A DNA stretch of 34,198 bases, from the IMG/VR virus record IMGVR_UViG_3300034357_001685, positions 1-34,198 of that record, one strand, 5' to 3'. The DNA is from a virus (lineage: Duplodnaviria > Caudoviricetes). This document shows, piece after piece, positions 29,301-34,198 of this stretch (position 1 is its first letter; every line of letters begins with the position of its first letter). The position numbers were made by a program, and so were the translations under genes. The notes below the pieces were generated by a model, which was given only the letters and a program-made list of their open reading frames with translations, ran no database searches and was not told the DNA's origin.

Positions 29301-32300
29301 GACCGGCGAGACGCAGGCGGCAAGGTATTATTTAAGCAAGCAGGTTCAAGGCGTCATTGTGGACCGCCAAAGCAACGGCAATTTTTCCATTCAAGTGAAG
29401 CCCATTGGACGGAACGATTACGAGGTTGTTCAACGCGGCGTCAAGGAAGACAAGGTAGAGGAATATATCGGCAAAGAACTCGCATCAAAACTTGAGGACA
29501 AAGCGCGCAATCAGTTCGAGGGTCTTGACCTCAAGCTCGGCGGCGAAGGAATGCGCGGCTTCTACGACCAAATCCTGCCCAAGGAAATCGCCAAGTATGT
29601 GAAGCAGTGGGGAGGGAAGGTGGAGAAAACAATCATCGAAACTCCAACCCCAGGTTATGAGGCCTACGCTAAGACTAAAATCTTCAAAGATGCTACCCCC
29701 ATCTGGCGCGTGGGCATCACTTCGCAAATGCGCGAGAGCGTCCAAAAAACAGGCCAATCCCTTTTCGCCCCATCCGGCGCACCCCAGGGCGACGGGGGGT
29801 TCTTTCGCCCCGAGGACGAGCCGTTTGATGAGCATGTGAACCAGCTTCTGAACGATCTCCAAGGCGTGCCGTTCGACATGGATGGCGCCGTGCCGTTGCA
29901 GGAAAAAGCGGCGCAAGAAGAGGGTAGGGGACAACCCTACCAAGTCGGCCGCCCCGACCTGGCCTTCGGCGCGAACAATCCCGATGTGCGCGGGTTGGAT
30001 CAATTCTACACCGACCGGTTCTTGCCCGAGACCGAGGCCCAATGGGAAACCTCCGCCCGCGATATGGTGGCGAAGGATTTTGAGGGCACCCGGCGCTCGA
30101 TTGAAAAAGCCGGTCTCGCCGGGCAGACGATCTCGCCGGAACTCACCAAAGCCTCCGACCAGATCGCCAATTCGCTTCGCCAAAAAATGCTCCAGACCGG
30201 CAAGGATGAAGACCGCCGGGCGTTCAATGTTTTCTGGTATGCCTACCGCTCCACGGGCACCGAGGCGGGCCGCGCGTTGGCCGCGCGCCGCGACCCCTTC
30301 AAGACCCCCGCCATGCGCCACCGCGAATTCCTCATAGACCTCATGCTCACGCCGGGCAAGAAGGACAAGGCGCGCATCGATGCCGAGCCGGACCCCGCGA
30401 AAAAAGCCAACCTCATCGACAGCGTGACCGCCGCGCTTCTCAAAAAACTCAAGGATGCCGGAATCTCTCCCGAGGACATTCTAGGCAACCGCGTGGTCGT
30501 GGGTCTGAACAACGCAGAGATCCAGCGCCAATTCCGCACCGGCCTCAATGCCAAGCAGGCCGAGGTCTTCGATCTTCTCCTGCGCAAAAACCAAACGCCC
30601 ACGCAGATCGCGCAGCGCACCGGCATGAAGCCCGACGCCGTGGAAGCCGTCTTCACCGCCTTCAAAAACCGGATGCGCCAGCAGCATCTTGCCAAATTCA
30701 AAGCCGGTATCCACAAGCAAACCGAAGCCACCCTCGGGGCCGCCCGCACGCCGACCCCCAAAGCAGCGGGACTCTTCGGCGACCAGGTCTCAGACGCCGA
30801 AGCCGATGCCGCGTTCAACCAATGGTTCAGCGGCATGGTGGGCACGAGCGATACCAAGAAAATCGGCCGGCCGAAATTCCGCATCGACGATCCCGCCCAT
30901 GTGATGCGACTCGCCCGCGCGATCCAAAGCGCCCGTGGCGAAGCGGGTCTGAGCGACATGGCCTACGAATGGTGGATCATGAACATCCTCTCGGGGCCGC
31001 AAACCCAAGTGGTCAACATCGCAGGCAACTCCGGTTTCCTCGCGCTCGACACCACGCTGCAGCGCGGCATGGAGGCACTTGTCAATATTTTCGTGCGCGA
31101 CCAGCAAGCGGCGCAGTTCGGAGAGTTCCAATCGTTGTTCAAAGGCATCCTTCCAGGCATCACCAAAGGTCTCGCCATGGCCGCGAAAGCGTGGAGCGCC
31201 GAGCACGATTTCTACGAGCACACCGTCCTCGGCACCCCGCTGGAACTCGGCCAATCCGACAAGCTCGGCAACACCCGCGCCGCCATCCCCGGCCAAGCGG
31301 GCAAAGTGATCCGCATCCCCGGCCGCGCCCTGCTTTTTGCCGACAGCTTCTTCAAATCGCTCAGCGGGCAAATGAATGTCGCCGCCTTCGCCTACCGCAT
31401 CGCCAAGGCCGAAGGACTCACCGGCCAAGCCCTCACGGACCGCGTGGCGCTTCTTTCCAAGACCCGCAACGAGGTTGTCAGCGAAAACATGCCTTCCGCC
31501 GCCCCTTCGCAGGAAATGGTGGAGTTTTTCGCCCGTCAGCTCGCCCGCCGCGACGAATCGCTCGATCCTGCTGCCCTCGTGGCAAACCGCTCCAGCGAGG
31601 CATGGGAACTCGCCCGCGAGCAAGCCGCCTACGATGCCGCCAAGGCCGCAGGCTGGACCGAGGCCGCGTGGATTCGCGCCGTGGACAAATCCAAGGAAAT
31701 GACCTTCCAGCAGGATTTGCAGCGCCGCGCCGAGGGCGGCAACTTGTTCGAGGACGCCGCCGCGAAGCTGCAGGATGCACGGTTCAACAACCAACTCATC
31801 GGGTTTTTCTTCCCGTTCGTCAAAACCCCCTACAACATCTTCCGCACCGGCATCCGCAAATCCCCGCTCGGAGCCGCGAACCTCACCTTCCAAGCCGGGA
31901 AGGGCCTCCTTTCGATGAAGGATGGCAAGCCCTTCCTCGAAGGCGATCCCACCCTCGTGCGCGACATGAGCGAGCAACTCCTCGCCTGGACCGCCATGGC
32001 GCTCATCTTCGGAGCCGTGCAAGGCGACGAGGACGATGACGACAAACTTCTCCTCATCACCGGCAGCCAGCCCCGCAGCGAATCCAGCGCAGGAATCCGC
32101 GACCTCAACACCCGCGCCACCGGGGGCGAGTATGTGATCCGGATCGGCGGGCGCAATGGCATCACCATCCCCTACGGCCGCCTCGATCCCATCGCCACCG
32201 TGCTCGGCACCACCACCGACCTCATCCGCTCGATCAAACGCAACGGCACGCCCACCGAAAATCTCGCCTCCGTGTGGAACTACATGGTCGCGCAAACCAA

Positions 32301-32898
32301 CTCGAAAACCTTTCTCCAAGGCATCGCCAACATCGCCACGATCCTTGAAGGAAAATCCGACCCCGTCGGCGCGACCCAGCGCACCCTGTTGCAAGCCCTC
32401 GTGCCCAACATCATCCGCCAGCCGCTCCGCAATCTGGACGACTATGTGCGCGACACCAAGACCGCGCCCGCTACCTACACACTCTTCCCGAGTGGCAACC
32501 TGGCCGAGCCGAAGGTGGATATTTACGGCAACGAGATTCGCAAAGGCTCCAGCCCCGTGATGCGGCTCTTCCTCAACAGCGCCCTCGCCACCGAGCCCGT
32601 GTTGCAATCTACCGACGAGCTTCTGATGAATTGGAACCGCGCCAACCCCTCGATGGCCTACGCGCCCCAGCAAGCCGAAGCCATCTACAAAGGCCGCGAT
32701 GGAAAAGAAAAATCCATGACCGCCGAGGAAACCCGCCGCTACCGCCTCGCCGCCGGCCGCCTCGCCAGCGTGAAGCTCCGCGCCGTCGCCACCCCCAACC
32801 GCGTCGCCACCCCCACCGAGCAAGACATCCAAGAAATCCGCAACGCCTTCTCCGAAGCCCGCCGCGAAGTCCGCGAACGAATGTTCGCCGGGCGATAA
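14368..32898 (+). CDS. giant polyvalent (DarB-like) multidomain protein, 6176 aa
   Basis: Uninterrupted 18.5-kb ORF with recognisable MTase, SF2 Strawberry-notch helicase, RelA/SpoT-like, ParB-like and sigma70 modules. Confidence 0.95.
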   Translation: MIDTDDEEELIPGSTAEDYVEAEPEPVPAAAPSAPSDDFATMPEPPEAPAFEVTPKPPRRPELSPAPSDYPKNVARMRDWAERTGEWEERENAKAARKEFSEARRTHNAETRKVSAATGAQYDYDADRLARPRIDPQTGEQAFTKRVSPVRWDEQGRPFQVIQNEQGKRSERIADPDAGAAIGPNPTAPEDPSIYRKTKFQPWEAIDPEEGINSPDGRVVRASAKALFDREKTTMKRERDEIALNLGDPARPTGLSPEARAKVEGERQGLAEPAPPPAEVKGMFGGVNIEATEAAKKKWQEGEAFRSGLLAEKQAMLAADDERAGLKARAYELDQNLFGLEKMPLSEFVQERRKKKAESLAALDPEAAQAEIEKRGAAIAEEDAATDAAMQEVQRRNAALNERTAKGITLQEMDSVATERAAIEADAAGLEERIAKRNAAAGEVMQGVEAIKAKDAVERKKSRDEIRKTPELAPFADRLDALDAETETRMSAIDAMPQGPGKEAARAALQEDISQKSAVIDSEYGVAARGGFPKSFDDKEWDDADRKAWKALPKEKQSEFLETKAYVNIRDDIRRQYDFTANRTFDQWKEENAERLAAQKPNATNEELQADYQKSQETILRALEVTMRRKGPTHDAAVLEIFHNNDPQKQALAELERNPAEYWAGQIKRAFGNYQAFNAAAAGLIANFIPGQKDNAALMLLGAQDQQNDLARKYPQVVEGIKNVGSSGDAAMWAGQTLTSLAPDIAESIAAGAAGAAVGAAVGSAVPVAGTAIGGAVGGIGGFFARLLGKAAVKNLAKKELLKQGVKKITREALEATGKNILAREGVEQLLKTEIRRIGAKTGIVLGGAASSYKGNTAEIYMNLLGEEGVDADSAAATALVFGVPAAAMDMVAETGPLTRLLGFGAKPAKEFASAAAKYRARVMEEAAQFGGTVLMESGAEGAQALTGFAAKRFAKDGFDFANYSPITQEEWDEFVESSAAGALGGAVFATAGAAGGLRDARNEFLQNEPPSAPQPDPSGTPPPPVLPENIAAMQAEIGQAAPERQAPLATAIKVVSGAPMDSLTKAEQDAIKPHVATVGGQTVLTDDILTELSQASPQAAALMQQGSIRDESTRRLEILEQENEQEKKGGDTPNEIKLQNIGKNAGQVGQVGSQGNENAQGNENAQGLGTGALTLTNQVRTGIQSGVASADPDMRELWADQLKRRLEKKGTLTWQDVPQELNQAMDTASFASLKQALEENPQEAIAIIAGKQNLTPDGTAGSLTLPPLPVGRYGSLINKREQAVAGTLATRLVQGGADQAAAAKFSEYYVKRETLRGWGTDKLKAAVQEFSSAGGMTNPQGIIESVAASDASQLAEVDAITTQVFKSLDTDPRAASMTPAERKDFETVVRQQIAPAVLRYGPILRRLEAFFDPSGKDDLAAGSDKLVINAAALIGERGVDFWSNTENTDIIISEELGHVSQVKILAQKNRERTGATGSDMELALAEAEEIFLQLPQPLQQASSTLYGNSPNPGISGMEFFRQMLQGDIAISEGRVLDRDGKVITELAVNDAGWIDKMRGVFEQLFKAFNSLRSTLSSDLKQEGRSEAEIKLLTDRVETIRTESLTFFKSLKKEGDRIRGAAYENQYATTRNSNKNQATDTRGGTGTTPDSSGLLQQTTPPGSPNAALDGTSSQQPPAGTPLGANQATRLAELESRESERAAREERAKERRAEYVEQRAGDLKDYEKVVAAAPEDAREQVAGLVQQAPSGKVSYVLVTNNRRVPATYIALPPGVVQTSHIGPDFQKNPEYAGQNTRSYDTDPAEQNKVRAGSLPGALNEDILTSTDPSSANSAPQVAIVIDAGPDGQPRSRWQTAGGNAREMMSNLAPQEDQDRVSEAWREKSGVFGFQSVPDGFRGYRFLGTFDIRTPEGARDYQKLVDDLNPSTGVVQDVSDRADLDAKNIPLDLVADLPVMMSGKQATEALSRLLTAPGDIVERNRVAPMAKNPAQAQAYMQRIMFAGGLGLPKLTNKIADYQLQNRNAAFVELAADSAKAGIALRQSGNPSIADAFGSMLSNVSDYLDDGRTLKSALELAANQVEMDAVVGETAVAVSVATRLGELIVLDKRGRINTEATSDAHKDYMLALASGVAKANEDATMGNMFAEQPLSMAERIADINAAHRLKTQKDSEKTLSAPRRQSTPATRIRDLERKRRQEGLNRYESEELARLEKAAGQQFMDFFETTRTQRFELQQEVARRGIESAPGEQMDLVLAAARSQGRVNAAGILLETKQERFGRIYQEQEEETNAFPAEKVETEDQVLSRLRGKFGNEAVENTIAGYNELRTKHERFKKRFDKEIDAMALQFNGEPIPAPIKGLKRSIEKAFDDYDGKASMLKDLLRATIVVDTLEDAVNLNEEIQRRYKIIKWKNRFAPPLPSGYGDMLGVVEMAPGIFAEIQVHVPEIIKAKKVGHKWYELERTYAGDPTKATELADVRAKMQELYLAAANAFIMRVTSSRNSEKETGEAMSKFMEVVRDISLGIPVDQIFGSSPGSQATGTSGNTSRNLVPLAKSDSFITPSPTRGASAGQPVITLANIQDYAGDVDLSELQNIEGVKMPKAFKIDQEKLSRGEVRVVSVSTLISPKNELLDPRYLAGKKKDPRQTAADWMAKTIKGEPGTKRRAPLDAIDNRDGTYTIVDGNATAQAAMLAGWKMLPVNIVKPQDATLAAARSRRNDDQLAFDFTAPAVQEYKSALEAEGITHPVAQAAAAQRDLGIPAGPALNLFGEPDSLLEGRQTTPTRPSATPTPVAEPTAPAPATAVQPPPAPEPTPEVSNNTAPAEQPESQTDPAAVDRLKTAVGEALRSNTSIDRRVLKNMARTAGITDPEAAAKLVDETAELAVVEIAREIVARGDNPLVTYENLVDLYALQPGLTSRTSTSRINQAFSTPAPLAYVASRLADVANGKSVSEFTAGNGMLVMESSPSRAIVNELDPARAARLRSQGFQVTEADATVARPQQVDTIVMNPPFGTLMQNDGTNQRWTVTVPGGAQFETTQIDHQIVMNQLKSLSADGRAVFIIGGKLGDTQEARAEAYNTRQTREFFYFLYKNYNITDHFTLSGDLYRKQGAAWPIDIFVIEGQGRSSLELPSIVAPSIVNSWDDLRTKIPANAFSRRTFDSERTLVGADGQPMVEGGRGRPAAELEQPAAIRPGQLGGRAPNPERVGQPGGNPPDASGGQQLSPDSGLVSGGDAGGRDAGIRDGLAQQPNRLVADEEPAEKAGRYQNKYVPQSGSYSVDTLTPTNLASAQKTALKNLEARTGMPVDRLVASKLGFATPEELHRKSDGSDRFSAEAIDALALAINNVENGSSFIIGDQTGIGKGRIAAGMLLYAKKRGFIPVFVTRKPDLYADMIRDISDIGFYDELRPLITNSGQSFEDPRGERVRTGTAAKHDVILQSLRETGQLPEGTNMVFTTYDQLGKDAPSRYTETKKEKAKRKKDGRARPDGKRAAMMRAIASRAFFVLDESHTGAGIDSDIGIRLREWLPTSSGVYYSSATFAKNPTAMPLYGQTTMRYAGLSSDELTDAMTSGGVPLQQVVSYMLAVDGQYLRRERSFDGITFGEITVGGENDAQLADQFATAASEMLMMSMDKRFDKALKDFSKLLKRDAATLESNTGESAMASVESYSFAGQMQNLTQQFLLSVKARSTAQDAVQRVRNGEKVVVALQATNQSAIEDIQGNMEWGMNFNGLMRRYVDKIFSVRVKEPGTEESVSMSVFELGATLGVDTSELQSIRQRMISMLDARDFGTLPLSPIDAMEEIFEEAGVTYGEITARKTGMRAGAIYQRPPKDFNTAAKIQSVKDFNSGSKDILIINAAGSTGISMHAAKNFADQRTRTMLIAQPHLDINEFFQTLGRINRTGQVTLPSFYIVRSELPAERRIAAVLRLRMANLNANTTGAAESNVSENVTGDFLNEYGDQAAQTALTNNPEILTKMMRIFPKYYAPRSSQENSESEAVEMEPGQFIRKLTGHMVVLTIAEQEAMWNSIDAEYASIINYLNETNTNTLQAQSYDYRAKTVESTVIFQGENAEGSSMFSSPAYLERVEINDPRQPMTLAEAKELQQAAPEDMQRVAEEFRKASQNAEEVAIARLKSQIQEWNDERDNRYRSRFRQTRELVNRMSNYAGRFVQIEMGEETIVGIVTALRTNAQQSGAPSQQSVVISTNTPNRKLTIPLSRVESINFVPPYNNSRMEEQWARPDQSRSERVIVTGNILGAYSAFNRMGRGTGRIITFTTENGAVRTGMEMPRSWAETRIVEVREHGQARQILLDQQRTLTTATGANLRYNTTDRVLVLNVPGDRQRGGLFWRNPQLNSLMIGGEFRQTGGNMVANVSPQRLPELIGWFNRNNHTLTHVETPGDRTLAAARRQTYDPNQLQLDFDAAPRDQVAAQEDADKSAAARFQSGLEGVMGLASGYSNIPGVDMDEVLQTARIALADAARSFDASRGVPFGPYSSIVVRNRLNSLYRRESLRRERIPQSLDEPLPGDFSETRQDYTPDTTTPDAATTATRNEARGLIDTITATLPERMRAAVEGYMQRRQQEEIGEEFGISKQAVSRLQQEGFKRLRQKLNERGISSVGELLSAPQKNTPLGSERAPFYLKSAEVLDQKVQGKSATLDQIKALLSPQNGIKAEEVKWTGVMQEAERLAKENNGKVPKDALMEFLAKDGSVRLEEELFGYHKDAVYPASWYAEKKPNGIWWVVDPDDLESGSPALRATGETRTEAWNNALQSYRRRSQRETVKYEQYQLPGGENYREVVLAIPVKVSLPKGYEARQENGQWGVFAVTDDGNIYGEGSTRDQAIQRANEYLKTGKTTSELDPSYTSSHFSDIPNYVAHMRLNERTDAEGNPGLFVEEIQSDRHQAGREKGYALTESERAEVKALEDKARREGGVVRFSAEDRARWDESGAKFEGAGIPDAPFRTTWPLQLFKRALRDAVSSGKDWIGWTTGETQAARYYLSKQVQGVIVDRQSNGNFSIQVKPIGRNDYEVVQRGVKEDKVEEYIGKELASKLEDKARNQFEGLDLKLGGEGMRGFYDQILPKEIAKYVKQWGGKVEKTIIETPTPGYEAYAKTKIFKDATPIWRVGITSQMRESVQKTGQSLFAPSGAPQGDGGFFRPEDEPFDEHVNQLLNDLQGVPFDMDGAVPLQEKAAQEEGRGQPYQVGRPDLAFGANNPDVRGLDQFYTDRFLPETEAQWETSARDMVAKDFEGTRRSIEKAGLAGQTISPELTKASDQIANSLRQKMLQTGKDEDRRAFNVFWYAYRSTGTEAGRALAARRDPFKTPAMRHREFLIDLMLTPGKKDKARIDAEPDPAKKANLIDSVTAALLKKLKDAGISPEDILGNRVVVGLNNAEIQRQFRTGLNAKQAEVFDLLLRKNQTPTQIAQRTGMKPDAVEAVFTAFKNRMRQQHLAKFKAGIHKQTEATLGAARTPTPKAAGLFGDQVSDAEADAAFNQWFSGMVGTSDTKKIGRPKFRIDDPAHVMRLARAIQSARGEAGLSDMAYEWWIMNILSGPQTQVVNIAGNSGFLALDTTLQRGMEALVNIFVRDQQAAQFGEFQSLFKGILPGITKGLAMAAKAWSAEHDFYEHTVLGTPLELGQSDKLGNTRAAIPGQAGKVIRIPGRALLFADSFFKSLSGQMNVAAFAYRIAKAEGLTGQALTDRVALLSKTRNEVVSENMPSAAPSQEMVEFFARQLARRDESLDPAALVANRSSEAWELAREQAAYDAAKAAGWTEAAWIRAVDKSKEMTFQQDLQRRAEGGNLFEDAAAKLQDARFNNQLIGFFFPFVKTPYNIFRTGIRKSPLGAANLTFQAGKGLLSMKDGKPFLEGDPTLVRDMSEQLLAWTAMALIFGAVQGDEDDDDKLLLITGSQPRSESSAGIRDLNTRATGGEYVIRIGGRNGITIPYGRLDPIATVLGTTTDLIRSIKRNGTPTENLASVWNYMVAQTNSKTFLQGIANIATILEGKSDPVGATQRTLLQALVPNIIRQPLRNLDDYVRDTKTAPATYTLFPSGNLAEPKVDIYGNEIRKGSSPVMRLFLNSALATEPVLQSTDELLMNWNRANPSMAYAPQQAEAIYKGRDGKEKSMTAEETRRYRLAAGRLASVKLRAVATPNRVATPTEQDIQEIRNAFSEARREVRERMFAGR
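16600..16740 (+). other. glycine-zipper hydrophobic segment in the giant protein
   Basis: 'IAAGAAGAAVGAAVGSAVPVAGTAIGGAVGGIGGFF', a candidate membrane-inserting segment. Confidence 0.6.
17771..17890 (+). CDS. nested +1-frame small basic peptide (39 aa)
   Basis: AAGGAGGTGA SD at 17753-17762, ATG 17771, TAA 17888-17890; MKSSCKTSAKMPAKSAKSAPKAMKMPKGMKMPKASGRGR. Confidence 0.65.
   Translation: MKSSCKTSAKMPAKSAKSAPKAMKMPKGMKMPKASGRGR
18480..19200 (+). other. zincin/MPTase-like module of the giant protein (degenerate HExxH)
   Basis: 'LVINAA…IIISEELGH…EFFRQMLQ…W.DKMR.VF' resembles polyvalent-protein metallopeptidases, with the first His replaced by Glu. Boundaries approximate. Confidence 0.45.
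19235..19447 (+). CDS. nested +1-frame small ORF (about 66-70 aa)
   Basis: ATG at 19235 or 19247 to TAG 19447. GC3 bias moves to this frame while the main frame becomes a T/G/S/Q linker. Confidence 0.45.
   Translation: MRTSMLLPATQIKTKPPTPEEAQEQRQILRDCYNKQRPLEAQMRRSMAPQASSLLQAHLLEQIKPPGLQS
19615..20200 (+). other. ddrB-associated ParB-like module
   Basis: 'VPATY…VQTSH…Q.TRSY…APQV…GGNAREM' pattern. Boundaries approximate. Confidence 0.55.
21340..21830 (+). other. RelA/SpoT-like (small alarmone synthetase) nucleotidyltransferase module
   Basis: 'IKGLKRSIEK', 'LKDLLRATIV', 'KNRF…SGYGD' and 'EIQVH' motifs in the canonical order. Confidence 0.8.
21804..22031 (-). CDS. nested antisense small protein (75 aa), candidate antitoxin/immunity protein
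   Basis: On the minus strand: TTGACC, 17 nt, TAGGAG; AGGAG SD 8 nt before ATG 22028 (GTG 22031); globular-looking sequence FLEVFPDVPVAWEPG…PVSFSEFRELV; TAA at 21804. Confidence 0.6.
   Translation of the reverse strand: MMNESDFANGTKFLEVFPDVPVAWEPGEDPKIWSTGMPREMSRTTSMNLDMASPVSFSEFRELVTLMMKALAAAK
22190..22460 (+). other. ParB/Sulfiredoxin-like module
   Basis: 'RRAPLDAIDNRDGTYTIVDGNATAQAA…GWKMLPV'. Confidence 0.7.
23095..23790 (+). other. N6-adenine DNA methyltransferase module
   Basis: 'QAFSTPAPLAY', motif I 'EFTAGNGML' and motif IV 'VMNPPF' (NPPF at 23371-23382). Confidence 0.9.
23801..24106 (+). CDS. nested +1-frame acidic protein (about 101 aa; alternative start 23774)
   Basis: Typical GC3-rich codons in this frame (gac gag gac gac ctg ctg ctg aac tgg…), while the main frame shows A/T-ending codons and a G/R/P linker. 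Confidence 0.65.
   Translation: MLSRAEPLTAKERSWERTVSQWLKGDEDDLLLNWNNLPLSALDNLADERQIRSAWDNPAEIRPMLLAASNYLPTPDWYQEGMPEDEMQESAMDWLNNQTAW
24145..26610 (+). other. Strawberry-notch-type SF2 helicase module
   Basis: 'IGDQTGIGKGR', 'FTTYDQL', 'LDESH', 'SSATFAK', 'AGSTGISMHA' and 'QTLGRINRTGQ'. Confidence 0.9.
27655..28180 (+). other. sigma-70-family module (regions 2 and 4)
   Basis: 'DEVLQTARIALADAARSFDASRGVPFGPYSSIVVRNRL', 'SLDEP' and 'LPERMR…QEEIGEEFGISKQAVSRLQQEGFKRLR'. Confidence 0.85.
28249..29745 (+). other. conserved-looking polyvalent-protein module of unknown function
   Basis: 'YQLPGGENYREVVL…SSHF…VAHMR…LFVEEIQSDRHQ…PDAPF…GWTTG.TQA.RY' motif series; locally lower GC. Confidence 0.55.
30950..32898 (+). 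other. helical C-terminal module resembling phage internal-virion/LPD C-termini
   Basis: 'NILSGPQT.VVN', 'ADSFFK', 'FFPFVKTPYNI', 'YGRLDPIA' and 'KTFLQGI' motifs. Confidence 0.5.
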
Positions 32899-32899
32899 A

Positions 32900-32928
32900 T
32901 TGACAGCGATAAGCAGACAAACTATGAT
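32900..32928 (+). promoter_or_regulatory. near-consensus sigma70 promoter
   Basis: TTGACA (32900-32905), 17 nt, TATGAT (32923-32928), upstream of ATG 32947. Confidence 0.75.
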
Positions 32929-32946
32929 CCACCAACCCGCCGCCTG

Positions 32947-34198
32947 ATGTTCCAGCCATACCAAAGACCCCGCATCGTCGAATTTCCAGACCCGGCCACA
33001 GGGCACATCACGGCCGGCATTTCCGTGGACTCGAAGAGCCTAGAGCAATCCGACATCCCAGCCCTCGGCACCCCCATCACGCAGATCGGCCTGCCCGAGG
33101 AATTTGCGGACAAATACAGCCCTGGTCATGTGCTCACGAGGATCTTGGCAAACGAAGGCTCGCCCGGCTACCAACTCATTTTCGAGAAGCTCCCCGGAGC
33201 CACGCTCACCGGCAAGATCGTCACGGAAAAAGGCCAAGTCGCCACGCTCACCCGCCAAACCGTCGCCCCCGGCACCCCCGTCACCGCCAGCGCCTTCACT
33301 GTCACCGCCCGCTTGGAACCCGACGGAAAAGGCAAAAGCGTGCTGGAGAAGGTGGAAGTAGGGGAGGTCTTCTCCGAAGCCCGATTCACCGCCGAGAAGC
33401 CCGAGGTCGTCCCCACGCCCTTCCGGGCCGCCGTTCCCGAGGAGACCACGGAATTTGTCCAGATCGGCGAGGCCGAAATGCCGGTGCTCGACCAAGAAGG
33501 CGACAAGGCCGCGAGCCAAGAGCAGCTCACGAAATTCACCAAACGCGTGCGCCGCGTGCGCCGCGACCTCTCCAATGTTTCCGAATCCCTGCAGGAAACC
33601 AATGTGGACGAGGCCGGAATCGTCGAGACGATCACCAAAACCCTCCAAACCGGCCCCCAAACCGTGGACCCTACCGCCACCCTGCGCGGCCAGGTAGAAG
33701 AGCTAGGCGACGGGCTCACGCTCAAGACCGAGGTGGAAAAAGCCAAAATCTTCGGAGGGAAAACCATCTCCGCCGAGCGCCCCGATCCAGTCCCCGAGAA
33801 ATTCCGCGTCGCCGTCCCCACCAAGACCCTCGAAGAAACCGTCACCGGCACCGCCACCGCCCCCGTTTTAGTAGGAGGCGAAATCGCCGAGAGCGAGCAA
33901 CAAGTTACGGAATTCACCAAGCGCACCCGCAAGGTCACGCGGGACATCCCGAAAGACAACGAGGGCAAGCCAGTCCCCGTCCCCCTGTCGCAAAAAGCCA
34001 CCACGCCCGAAGGATTGTTGGCCAGCGTCACCGAGACTTTCCAAGCAGGCGATACCGCAATTACGCCAACGGCCAAGATCAGCGTCGAAAGCGAAGCGAT
34101 GGGCGATGGCAATTACATCGTCCGCAAGACGGAGTTGCCCGAAGTATTTTCGGGGAATGTCTTCACCGCTGAACGGCCCGATCCGGTCCCAGAGAAAT
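32947..34198 (+). CDS. 5'-partial T/V/E-rich repeat protein, probably structural; runs off the window
   Basis: Open frame from ATG 32947 (MFQPYQRPRIVEFPDP…) to the window end, absent from the ORF track because it has no stop. Repeats 'xxAE[K/R]PxxVP' at 33385, 33766 and 34162. Confidence 0.85.
   Translation, partial: MFQPYQRPRIVEFPDPATGHITAGISVDSKSLEQSDIPALGTPITQIGLPEEFADKYSPGHVLTRILANEGSPGYQLIFEKLPGATLTGKIVTEKGQVATLTRQTVAPGTPVTASAFTVTARLEPDGKGKSVLEKVEVGEVFSEARFTAEKPEVVPTPFRAAVPEETTEFVQIGEAEMPVLDQEGDKAASQEQLTKFTKRVRRVRRDLSNVSESLQETNVDEAGIVETITKTLQTGPQTVDPTATLRGQVEELGDGLTLKTEVEKAKIFGGKTISAERPDPVPEKFRVAVPTKTLEETVTGTATAPVLVGGEIAESEQQVTEFTKRTRKVTRDIPKDNEGKPVPVPLSQKATTPEGLLASVTETFQAGDTAITPTAKISVESEAMGDGNYIVRKTELPEVFSGNVFTAERPDPVPEK

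Overview
About 34 kb of a GC-rich temperate dsDNA (Caudoviricetes-type) phage genome, almost all coded on the + strand. From left to right it carries: (1) early/recombination genes (Cas4-like DUF2800 nuclease, RusA, excisionase-like ORF); (2) a minus-strand tyrosine integrase beside an apparently intact attP, made of a tRNA-Cys 3'-end core, two perfect IHF sites and GGGGACA arm repeats on both sides; (3) an SF2 helicase, a DnaB-N/RepA-type helicase, small accessory genes and a C5-methyltransferase; (4) a palindrome/iteron-rich region, a serine recombinase and the terminase large subunit; (5) an 18.5 kb, 6176-aa polyvalent (DarB-like) gene; and (6) the 5' part of a repeat-containing, probably structural gene. 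The giant protein is the most striking element. It strings together zincin-like, ParB-like, RelA/SpoT-like, N6-adenine methylase, Strawberry-notch helicase, sigma-70 and other modules, many of them separated by a recurrent L-x-A-[A/P]-R linker. Its linkers appear to hide at least four small nested genes: three in the +1 frame, and one antisense directly behind the RelA/SpoT module that is a candidate antitoxin. All domain calls come from recognising motifs by eye; no database searches were run.
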